A DNA stretch of 32,617 nucleotides, from IMG/VR virus record IMGVR_UViG_3300032226_000012, positions 1-32,617 of that record. One strand, written 5' to 3'. Numbering within the stretch: the first letter of the stretch is position 1; each line of letters starts with the position of its first letter. Source of the DNA: a virus. Its lineage: Duplodnaviria > Caudoviricetes. Positions 17,270 to 24,856 of this stretch are shown piece by piece. A program made the position numbers and the translations under genes. The notes beneath the pieces are model-generated. The model was not told where the DNA came from. It saw only the letters and a list, made by a program, of their open reading frames with translations, and did not search any database.

Positions 17270-17514
17270 ACACGTACCAGATCAGATTCAACAAAAGCCG
17301 AGGCCAAGCAGGTCGCGGTTCAATGGATCACGTCTGGCGCGTCTTTGAGAACGGCAAAGAGTACTTGTTCAAGAACTTGGACATCTCCGTGCCTGTCAAA
17401 AGCGAGAAAGATGCAAACGGTGTGGACTACAACATCGTGTGCAAAGGCTATTTAAGCATCGACCGTGATACCTCTACGGCCACCATCATGGCCGAGGAAG
17501 TTGCGCTGGTGTAG
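17266..17514 (+). CDS. Hypothetical protein
   Basis: ATGA overlap with the oxygenase stop; YQIRFNKSRG..HVWRVFENGKEYL. Confidence 0.7.
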   Translation: MNTYQIRFNKSRGQAGRGSMDHVWRVFENGKEYLFKNLDISVPVKSEKDANGVDYNIVCKGYLSIDRDTSTATIMAEEVALV

Positions 17515-17516
17515 TT

Positions 17517-17612
17517 ATGAAAGACTGGTTTGTTGCCTTTGTTGCAGCAGCCAGTCTGATGGGCACTGTAATTTGGTGCGCTTACGTTTTTTGGTGGATT
17601 TATGTTGGTTGA
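17517..17612 (+). CDS. 31-aa single-TM microprotein (not in the ORF track)
   Basis: MKDWFVAFVAAASLMGTVIWCAYVFWWIYVG; starts 2 nt after the upstream stop and overlaps the next ATG. No clear RBS. Confidence 0.5.
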   Translation: MKDWFVAFVAAASLMGTVIWCAYVFWWIYVG

Positions 17613-18048
17613 GCTTGCTGCCGCAAACGCGGCCTTTAATGTCATAAAGCAGGCTCTGGCCAACGGCAAAGAGCTGTCGGCGCTCGGCGGTCGAGTGTTC
17701 GACTACTTTGACAACAAGGCCAAAATCCAAGAGAAAGCCACCAAAAAGGGTGGTGGCTCAGACCTTGAAGAGTTCATGGCGCTGGAGCAGCTCAGGCAAC
17801 AGGAAGAAGAGTTACGAGAACGCATGGTCTACGCTGGCCGTCCGGGAATGTGGAACGACTGGCAGCAGTTTCAAGCCCAAGCAGCCCGTAAGCGCAGGGA
17901 AGCCAAAGAAGCCGCAGCCCGTGAGGCAATCCTACGCAAAGAGCGTATGGAAAAATTGGTTGAGTACATTGCCGTTGGCATTGGGGTCGTTGTATTGGCT
18001 GGTTTGCTGATCGGCGGTCTTGTTCTTTACATGAAGCACTTGCGATGA
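17602..18048 (+). CDS. Coiled-coil protein with C-terminal TM anchor
   Basis: Charged helical body, then YIAVGIGVVVLAGLLIGGLVLYM. Confidence 0.7.
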   Translation: MLVELAAANAAFNVIKQALANGKELSALGGRVFDYFDNKAKIQEKATKKGGGSDLEEFMALEQLRQQEEELRERMVYAGRPGMWNDWQQFQAQAARKRREAKEAAAREAILRKERMEKLVEYIAVGIGVVVLAGLLIGGLVLYMKHLR

Positions 18049-18662
18049 GCGACGAGAAACTAAGCCCTAACTCCACACTCGACAAGGTGCTCGGGTATGT
18101 GGACTCGCCGTTTAAACTGTTTGCCATCCTTGTGATGGGTATCGTGGCGTTTGCTGGATACTTCTTGTGGCAGAACCAAGAGTTCATGCGCGATGCGTAC
18201 CGCGAGTCAAAGAAGCTGCCCGAGATCAACACCAGCCGGGTCGATGAGACTTCAGCCATGCTGTTCAAGAAGACTGGGGCCACGGTGGTTGCGGTCTTCA
18301 AAGTCAATCCGCTGTTCAACTCACGGGTGCTGTACAAGGCGTACACCAAGGATGGTCGGGACAAGAGCATCGAGGACATTGACGTCGGTCTTTTCAGTCA
18401 GAACGCAGGCAACAACAATGACGTGATCGCGCTGATGACCAACCAGATTCCTTGCTCGGAATACCGCTACGCGCAGTCTGAGGTGGGCCTGTGGTACATC
18501 GAGAAGGGTGTGACGTTTACCTGCCGTGTGAGCGTGCCGCCAGACAGCCACCGCTTTGTAGGGCAGATTACCGTGGGTTGGGCAGAGCCACCACAAGACC
18601 TTGCGCAGACAAGATTCATGATGGAAATTGCTTCCGCCATGCTAACCAAAAGGGGAAACTGA
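18045..18662 (+). CDS. Single-TM protein with a large soluble domain, possibly a T4 T-like holin
   Basis: Short N-terminal region, one TM helix (LFAILVMGIVAFAGYFLW), about 165-aa alpha/beta domain ending FVGQITVGW plus a helix; coupled to the endolysin by TGATG. Confidence 0.5.
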   Translation: MSDEKLSPNSTLDKVLGYVDSPFKLFAILVMGIVAFAGYFLWQNQEFMRDAYRESKKLPEINTSRVDETSAMLFKKTGATVVAVFKVNPLFNSRVLYKAYTKDGRDKSIEDIDVGLFSQNAGNNNDVIALMTNQIPCSEYRYAQSEVGLWYIEKGVTFTCRVSVPPDSHRFVGQITVGWAEPPQDLAQTRFMMEIASAMLTKRGN

Positions 18663-19177
18663 TGGCACAGTTTGAACCAGCTTTTGAGCTGATGATCCAA
18701 GACGAGGGCGGCTACGTCCTGCACGAGATTCCCGGTGACACGGGCGGCATTACCTATGCTGGTATTGCCCGCAACAAGAACCCGCAGTGGAACGGTTGGG
18801 CGCTGGTGGACAAAAAGGAGTTTGGCGGCGCTCTGACTGGCATGGTGCGTGAGTTCTACCGTGCCGAGTTCTGGGACAAGATGCGCGGCAACGAGATTTC
18901 CAACCAAGAAGTGGCAAACACCATCTTCAACTTCGGTGTGAACGCTGGCATGGGCATGGCTGTCAAGCTGGCGCAGCTTGTTGTTGGAGCCACCCCTGAT
19001 GGCGGTATTGGTGCAAAGACCGTGGAGAAGCTGAACATGATCTCTGACGGCCAGCGTTTTAAGGAGCAGTACGCCCTTGCCAAGATCGCCCGGTACGTTG
19101 AGATTTGCAACAAGAACCCCGTGCAGGTGAAGTTCCTCAAGGGCTGGATTAACCGCACATTGAAGGGGCTGAAATGA
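18662..19177 (+). CDS. Endolysin, glycoside hydrolase family 108 with C-terminal peptidoglycan-binding domain
   Basis: EGGY..DTGGITYAGI, FNFGVNAG, DGGIGAKT and FLKGWINR motifs; ATG at 18662 after AGGGG. Confidence 0.9.
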   Translation: MAQFEPAFELMIQDEGGYVLHEIPGDTGGITYAGIARNKNPQWNGWALVDKKEFGGALTGMVREFYRAEFWDKMRGNEISNQEVANTIFNFGVNAGMGMAVKLAQLVVGATPDGGIGAKTVEKLNMISDGQRFKEQYALAKIARYVEICNKNPVQVKFLKGWINRTLKGLK

Positions 19178-19611
19178 GCTTGCTTGGCGTTGGATCAATT
19201 ATCGAAGCTGTTGGCAAAGTTGCCGACGACCTGATCACCACCGACAAAGAGCGGATGGAGATGGAAATCGAGCAGCGCAAGCTCGACATTGAGGAGAAAA
19301 AATTAGATCAGGCGACTGATCTTGCTCAGATTGAGGTCAATAAGGTGGAGGCTGCAAGCTCCAGCGTCTTTGTTTCAGGCTGGCGTCCTGCCATTGGTTG
19401 GATCGGTGTGCTGGCTATGGGATACCAGTTTTTGGCGTACCCACTGTTCCAATGGGGATGGAAGTGGGCGCAAGCTACGGGCTGGGTGCCTGCTGGAATG
19501 GAGCCTCCTCCGGTACTGGACGCAGACCAGCTCTGGGTGATACTATCGGGTATCTTGGGCATCGCTGGCATGAGGTCTTTTGAGAAGACTAAAGGCGTTG
19601 CCAGCAAATAA
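19174..19611 (+). CDS. Holin, GTA 3TM holin-like family
   Basis: QIEVNKVEA.SSSVFVSGWRPAIGW...GILGIAGMRSFEK; directly follows the endolysin. Confidence 0.8.
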   Translation: MSLLGVGSIIEAVGKVADDLITTDKERMEMEIEQRKLDIEEKKLDQATDLAQIEVNKVEAASSSVFVSGWRPAIGWIGVLAMGYQFLAYPLFQWGWKWAQATGWVPAGMEPPPVLDADQLWVILSGILGIAGMRSFEKTKGVASK

Positions 19612-19620
19612 AGGTGGCCC

Positions 19621-21744
19621 ATGCCGTTACAAAAATTCCTGTTCAAGCCCGGAGTGAATCGGGAAAATACGCGCTACACCACCGAAGGCGGCTGGTACGA
19701 GGGCGACAAGATTCGTTTCCGTCAGGGCAATCCCGAGAAGATTGGCGGCTGGACTAACTTTGCATCAGGTGTTTTCCTTGGCGTCTGCCGTTCTCTGTGG
19801 AACTGGATCACCCTTGCTGGCGCAAACCTAGTTGGTGTTGGTACAAACCTCAAGTTCTATATCTTGAGCGGTGGCAATTACTACGACATCACCCCAATTC
19901 GCAAGACGGTCACATTAACCAACCCTTTTACGGCTACAAATGGTTCGGCTGTCATTGCTGTGTCTGAGGTTGACCACGGCTGCGCGGATGGAGATTTTGT
20001 CAGTTACAGCGGTGCTGGCATTACTGGTCTTGGTGGCAACATCACCGCCAGTGTCTTAACAGGTACATTTCAGATTACCTTTGTCAATGACGATGCGTAC
20101 ACCATAACGGTATCTGCAACTGCCAACGCAACAGACGCTTCTGGCTCCCCCGGTGGCGGCACAGTCGTAACGCAGTACGAGACTAATACTGGCCCCTCCT
20201 ACCAAATTCCGTTGGTTGGCTGGGGTGCGGGCACATGGGGCGGCGGTACTTGGGGTAATGGCTCAAGCACCTCCTCTTCGTTACAGTTGTGGAACCAGCA
20301 GAACTTTGGTGAAGACCTGATTTACGGGCCACGTGGCCAAGGCATTTACTACTGGAGTGCCAACGTAGGTTTCTCTCCAATCCAGATCACAATTAGTATT
20401 GCGGCCCCCGGTGTTATTACCTTGCCAGCAGGGTTTTCATTCCCTGACGGCACAACAATCACGTTCACGTCCACGGGTGCTTTGCCTACTGGCCTGACGG
20501 TGGGGCAAGTCTACTTTGTAGTGAACTCAACAGGCGGCACATTCAGTGTGTCTACAGAAATTGAGGGCACACCGATCACCACGTCCGGCAGTCAATCAGG
20601 CACACAGCGTATTTCTCAGCGCGGTATTGACTTGGCCGATGCCGGGGATGCTGACACCCCGCTGTACCAGAACTACATCTTGGTGTCCGATGCGTTCCGC
20701 TTTGTATTGGTGTTTGGCACGAATGACTATGAGCAGACGTACCTTGACCCCATGCTGATCCGCTGGTCAGACCAAGAAGACCCGTACACATGGACTCCCC
20801 AAGCCACAAACCAAGCAGGTAGTTTGAAGCTGTCTCATGGTTCGTCCATCATTACAGCCGTGCAGTCTCGCCAAGAGATTGTGGTCTTCACAGATTCTTC
20901 TCTGTACTCGCTTCAGTACGTTGGACCGCCATTTGTTTGGACTGCCCAACTGATTGCTGACAACGTGTCTATCGTTGGTCCTACTGCCGCTGTCATTGCA
21001 TCGGGTGCGGTGTACTGGATGGGCATCGACAAGTTCTACAAATACGATGGTCGGGTGCAGACTCTGAACTGCGACTTGCGCCGCTACATTTTTAGCGACT
21101 TTAACGTCCTACAAACCCAGCAAGTTTATGCTGGGACGAACGAAGGTTTCAACGAAATCTGGTGGTTCTACTGCTCGGCAAACTCTAACGAGAGCGACCG
21201 CTATGTGACCTTTAACTACGTAGAGAACGTATGGACCTACGGCACTATGGGTCGTTCCGCTTGGCTGGACTCTGGGCTGCTCCCCCGCCCCGTTGCTGCT
21301 ACTTACGACAGCGAATTGGTGCAGCACGAAGATGGTGTGGATGCTTATGTGTTGGGCGAATTGACTGCCCTGCCAGCTTACATTTCTTCTTCTGAGTTTG
21401 ACATTGGGGATGGCCACAACTTTGGCTACGTCTGGCGTATTGTTCCTGACTTGACCTTTACCGGCTCGTCCCCCACTGCCGGAACTTCTGGCTCTGGTGT
21501 TGCTTCACCCGCCGTAACTATGACGCTGTATCCCCTGCAAAGCTCGGGTTCTGGCACTGGAAACTCAGCGGCTGCGAACGTCACCAAAGGCTCCAACTAC
21601 GTGATCACTGAAGAGTACACGGGGATTATCTATACCCGCGCTCGTGGTCGTCAGATGATTTTTAAAATCTCATCGGACCAAATTGGCACGACATGGCAGT
21701 TGGGTGCTCCACGAATTGATATTAAAGCTGACGGGCGCAGATAA
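19621..21744 (+). CDS. Putative tail nozzle / packaged-DNA stabilisation protein (P22 gp10 / T7 gp12 analogue)
   Basis: 707 aa; MPLQKFLFKPGVNRE..KIRFRQG.PEKIGGW, MLIRWSDQED, beta-propeller-like segments, R.RGRQ..WQLG.PRIDI..DGRR end; lies before the ejection-region genes. Confidence 0.7.
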   Translation: MPLQKFLFKPGVNRENTRYTTEGGWYEGDKIRFRQGNPEKIGGWTNFASGVFLGVCRSLWNWITLAGANLVGVGTNLKFYILSGGNYYDITPIRKTVTLTNPFTATNGSAVIAVSEVDHGCADGDFVSYSGAGITGLGGNITASVLTGTFQITFVNDDAYTITVSATANATDASGSPGGGTVVTQYETNTGPSYQIPLVGWGAGTWGGGTWGNGSSTSSSLQLWNQQNFGEDLIYGPRGQGIYYWSANVGFSPIQITISIAAPGVITLPAGFSFPDGTTITFTSTGALPTGLTVGQVYFVVNSTGGTFSVSTEIEGTPITTSGSQSGTQRISQRGIDLADAGDADTPLYQNYILVSDAFRFVLVFGTNDYEQTYLDPMLIRWSDQEDPYTWTPQATNQAGSLKLSHGSSIITAVQSRQEIVVFTDSSLYSLQYVGPPFVWTAQLIADNVSIVGPTAAVIASGAVYWMGIDKFYKYDGRVQTLNCDLRRYIFSDFNVLQTQQVYAGTNEGFNEIWWFYCSANSNESDRYVTFNYVENVWTYGTMGRSAWLDSGLLPRPVAATYDSELVQHEDGVDAYVLGELTALPAYISSSEFDIGDGHNFGYVWRIVPDLTFTGSSPTAGTSGSGVASPAVTMTLYPLQSSGSGTGNSAAANVTKGSNYVITEEYTGIIYTRARGRQMIFKISSDQIGTTWQLGAPRIDIKADGRR

Positions 21745-22139
21745 TGTCGATGCTACAAAACCGCTCATCCCCGAATATTCCCCAAGCTCCACGGGAATAC
21801 GATGTTGCGTACATGAATGCGTTCAGTAACGTGATCCGGTTGTTCTTCAACAACATCAATACGGTCCAGCAGTTAAACTTGGCCAGCTTGAATCTGGACT
21901 TGCGCACGCTGCCCACTGACGCAGACCTTCCAAACTTAAGGTTTGGTGATGTGTACAGGGATACACAAGGCGGCACCGTGCAAACAGGCTCAAATGCGCT
22001 GCGAATTAAAGTGCCTGTTGAGCTGCTTGGCGTACAAGGTGCCGGGGCAGCAGGTAGTGTTGGGCCTGTTGGAGGCACAATCACTCGAAATTTAACTGGT
22101 GTTTCAGGGTCTGGTGCAGTTGGCACAACGACCCCTTAA
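21744..22139 (+). CDS. Putative tail needle/plug-position protein
   Basis: TAATG coupling to the nozzle gene; P.APREYD...IRLFFN helix; C-terminal LTGVSGSGAVGT-like repeats. Confidence 0.5.
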   Translation: MSMLQNRSSPNIPQAPREYDVAYMNAFSNVIRLFFNNINTVQQLNLASLNLDLRTLPTDADLPNLRFGDVYRDTQGGTVQTGSNALRIKVPVELLGVQGAGAAGSVGPVGGTITRNLTGVSGSGAVGTTTP

Positions 22140-22148
22140 TACTAAAAT
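22120..22148 (+). promoter_or_regulatory. Candidate sigma70-type promoter for the ejection-protein block
   Basis: TTGGCA (22120-22125), 17 nt, TAAAAT (22143-22148), then AGGAG and the ATG at 22173. Confidence 0.5.
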
Positions 22149-22172
22149 GTGTCAAATCTTAGGAGCACCTAA

Positions 22173-23255
22173 ATGCTGATCCCCAATAAATTCAACGGCT
22201 ACTCTCGTGATGGCATCCGAAAATACAACATTGGTGGAGGTGTTGGTGAAGCGATGCTGCTTGGCGCAGCGGTGGGGGGTGGTTCTGCGGCAATCACTGG
22301 TGGCGACCCACTCAAAGGTGCGCTCCTTGGTGGCCTGACTGGCGGTGTTGGTGGTGGTATTAGCACAGCTCTTGCCCCAGAAGCGGTTCTGGCTACTGAG
22401 GCGGCTACACAAGCTGGTACTCAAGCGGCTACACAAGCTGGTACTCAAGCGGCTACACAAGCGGCTACACAAGCTGGTACTCAGGCGGCTACACAAGCTG
22501 GTACTCAGGCGGCTACTTCTGCATTCCCCGGAATGGGTGGTCAGACAGCCGCGCAGCAATTTATGTCTTCAGTAAATCCAGCCGCAATCGCCCCTACGGG
22601 TATTCCGGGCGGCACAATTGCACCGGGTGTTGGTAGTTTTGCCCCTGCGGGTGGTGGCATTTCAAGTCTGCCCACAACAGGCGGTACGTTTACTGAAGGT
22701 ATGTCGCGGTTTGCCAGCGATCCAATGGCTTCTATAAAAGCCAATCCTTTTACCGCTGGTGCCGCTGGCTTGACTGGTGCGATGTACGCAAGAGAAGGAA
22801 TAGAAGCCCCGGAAGAATATGACGGCCCACTGAAACGGTTCCGGTTTAACCCTGAGACGTACCGTTCTGCGCGAGGCTATGCTGAAGGCGGCATCACTGC
22901 TTTGGCCTCTGGTGGCTATGACCGCATGGTTGGTGAAGAGCCAATGTACCCATCTAATATGGCTTCTGGTGGTATCTCCAATCTGGGCACTTACTCCGAT
23001 GGTGGTCGCATGCTCAAAGGCCCCGGTGACGGAATGAGCGACAGCATCCCCGGCGTTATTGGTGGCAAGCGCCCTGCACGTCTGGCCGATGGTGAGTTTG
23101 TGGTGCCCGCTGATGTGGTGTCCCATCTTGGCAACGGCTCTACCGATGCTGGCGCAAAACATCTTTACTCGATGATGGACAAGGTTCGCAAAGCCCGCAC
23201 GGGCCGCAAAGCCCAAGGCCGCGAGATCAATCCACGTAAATACGTTCCGGCGTAA
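22173..23255 (+). CDS. Putative internal virion/ejection protein
   Basis: Leader, Gly/Ala hydrophobic glycine-zipper segment, TQA repeats, four xxGG tags, C-terminal GPGDGMSDSIP..LADGEFVVPA module. Confidence 0.65.
   Translation: MLIPNKFNGYSRDGIRKYNIGGGVGEAMLLGAAVGGGSAAITGGDPLKGALLGGLTGGVGGGISTALAPEAVLATEAATQAGTQAATQAGTQAATQAATQAGTQAATQAGTQAATSAFPGMGGQTAAQQFMSSVNPAAIAPTGIPGGTIAPGVGSFAPAGGGISSLPTTGGTFTEGMSRFASDPMASIKANPFTAGAAGLTGAMYAREGIEAPEEYDGPLKRFRFNPETYRSARGYAEGGITALASGGYDRMVGEEPMYPSNMASGGISNLGTYSDGGRMLKGPGDGMSDSIPGVIGGKRPARLADGEFVVPADVVSHLGNGSTDAGAKHLYSMMDKVRKARTGRKAQGREINPRKYVPA
22401..22517 (+). repeat. Coding tandem repeat, 24-bp unit (AATQAGTQ)
   Basis: GCGGCTACACAAGCTGGTACTCA(A/G) x4 with a 12-bp half unit at 22449-22460. 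Confidence 0.95.
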
Positions 23256-23264
23256 GGGGCAGAC

Positions 23265-24428
23265 ATGCTAATTCCAAACAAATACAGCGGCTATTCCTTT
23301 GATGGCGTACGCCGTTGCTTTGGCGGTGGTGGAGGTGGCGGTGGTGGCGGCGATGGTGGTACGGGGGATGCTGGCTCTGCCGCTGGTGGGGATGTTGGCC
23401 CCGGTGCTGCTGGTACAGGTAATGGGACCGCTGCTGGAGGAGGAGATGGCAGTAGTGCTGGTGGCGGGGGTGGGCCTAATACCCCTTACGTACCTCCAGT
23501 TGTGAATACTGGTGGTGGTGGTGGTGGCGGTTCTACCGCACCGACACCGTGGAACCCTACGTCCGTAGCTAGACAGCCTGTTTATCAGCCGCAGTACCAG
23601 AACTACAACACTGGTAACGCAATGAATGTAAGCCAGTACGGTCAGCAGCCTCCGTATGGTGGTGGGCTTTCCGGCACCGGTTTGGCTTCAACGATTGCGC
23701 AGGCGATTAATGGGCGGCAATCTACGCAACAACCCCAGATGAATTGGCAGACGGGCCAAATGACCCAGCCTGCGCAGCAAACGTCTATGTTTGGCGGTCA
23801 GATGCAGGGCGGGGGTTATGGTGACTATGGCATGAACAACCCGTTTAGCCCATACTCAAACTCGTTCCTAAACCTAGACCCAAACTTGAATCGGGGTACT
23901 CAAGCCGATAAAGCAAATGCGTACCGCAACGCTATTCAAAGCGGTTTTGGGGATCAGCAAATCTACAACCAAGCAACCGGGTTGTTTGGGCAGCAATCTC
24001 CACAGGCTTGGGGGCACTTGCAAGCCTCCGCAATGGGCATGACCCCTAGTGTTGGCGATACTGTCAAAAGCCAAACTGATTTTTATCAAAACGCCCGCAA
24101 TCAAGGCTTTAACGACCAAACAATTCGCAGTGCCGCTAACCAAATATTTGGTAACCAAACCCAAAGCGACTGGAGTTACCTGCAAAATAAATCGGGTTAC
24201 GGTGGTGGTTTTGGTGGCTACGGTAATCAGTTTATGCCACAAATGCAAAACCCATATAGCTATCAACCCACACAAGCAGCGACACCGTATCAATCGCCTG
24301 TGGCGCAACGTACATCGTCCGGCCCAAGCCAAGCGATTGTGGGCAGGTCTTCTCAAATGCGCGGTACGCCCAATGTGATGCGCCGTGCGGAAGGCGGCAT
24401 TGCATCGTTGATGGATGATGAAGAATGA
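23265..24428 (+). CDS. Low-complexity Gly/Gln/Asn/Tyr-rich putative virion protein
   Basis: Shares its N-terminal leader with 22173..23255; poly-Gly; two internal repeats (Y.NA...GF.DQ.I...A..(L/I)FG.Q....W..LQ); ends RAEGGIASLMDDEE. Confidence 0.65.
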   Translation: MLIPNKYSGYSFDGVRRCFGGGGGGGGGGDGGTGDAGSAAGGDVGPGAAGTGNGTAAGGGDGSSAGGGGGPNTPYVPPVVNTGGGGGGGSTAPTPWNPTSVARQPVYQPQYQNYNTGNAMNVSQYGQQPPYGGGLSGTGLASTIAQAINGRQSTQQPQMNWQTGQMTQPAQQTSMFGGQMQGGGYGDYGMNNPFSPYSNSFLNLDPNLNRGTQADKANAYRNAIQSGFGDQQIYNQATGLFGQQSPQAWGHLQASAMGMTPSVGDTVKSQTDFYQNARNQGFNDQTIRSAANQIFGNQTQSDWSYLQNKSGYGGGFGGYGNQFMPQMQNPYSYQPTQAATPYQSPVAQRTSSGPSQAIVGRSSQMRGTPNVMRRAEGGIASLMDDEE

Positions 24429-24856
24429 ACCTAAGCATCCGCACTGTTGAGACATCTTTTGTGCAGCAGGTTTGGCCTATGGTCGAACCCTTCATCCGTG
24501 AAGCTCTGGAAAAAGGGGAAGACTTCCCTGACTGGGCGCACTGCTACAACGTGGATCACATGCAGATGTTTCTGACTTCTGGCCAGTGGTTGCTCCTTGT
24601 TGCAACGGACGAGGCTGGGGTTATCCACGGGGCGGCAACGGTGTCGTTTATCAACTACCCGCTGCACCGAGTAGCATTCATCACGGCTATTGGGGGCAAG
24701 CTGATCTCCAACCGGGATACTTTTGAGCAAATGAAGCTCTTGCTGAAACAACGTGGCGCGACGAAAATACAGGGATACGGACGGGAATCTATCGTTCGCC
24801 TGTGGAAACGCTACAACTTTGAACCGCGCAATACTCTCGTAGAGGTGCTGATATGA
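24425..24856 (+). CDS. Putative GNAT-fold acyltransferase-like protein
   Basis: 143 aa; alpha-alpha-beta-beta-beta pattern (WLLLV, GAATV, AFITAIGG), then GATKIQGYGR..VRLWKRYNF. Same position as P22 gene 14 and T7 gene 13, just before an ejection gene. Confidence 0.55.
   Translation: MNLSIRTVETSFVQQVWPMVEPFIREALEKGEDFPDWAHCYNVDHMQMFLTSGQWLLLVATDEAGVIHGAATVSFINYPLHRVAFITAIGGKLISNRDTFEQMKLLLKQRGATKIQGYGRESIVRLWKRYNFEPRNTLVEVLI

Noticed and set aside
602-18661. Upstream-extended starts in the ORF track (602, 5362, 5624, 6809, 7239, 7726, 13285, 17239, 18491)
   Set aside because: Downstream ATGs with an RBS or stop/start coupling fit better (620, 5395, 5672, 6830, 7326, 7765, 13342, 17266, 18662).
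22401-22517. 24-bp repeats as a possible CRISPR array
   Set aside because: Head-to-tail in-frame coding repeats with no unique spacers and no cas genes.
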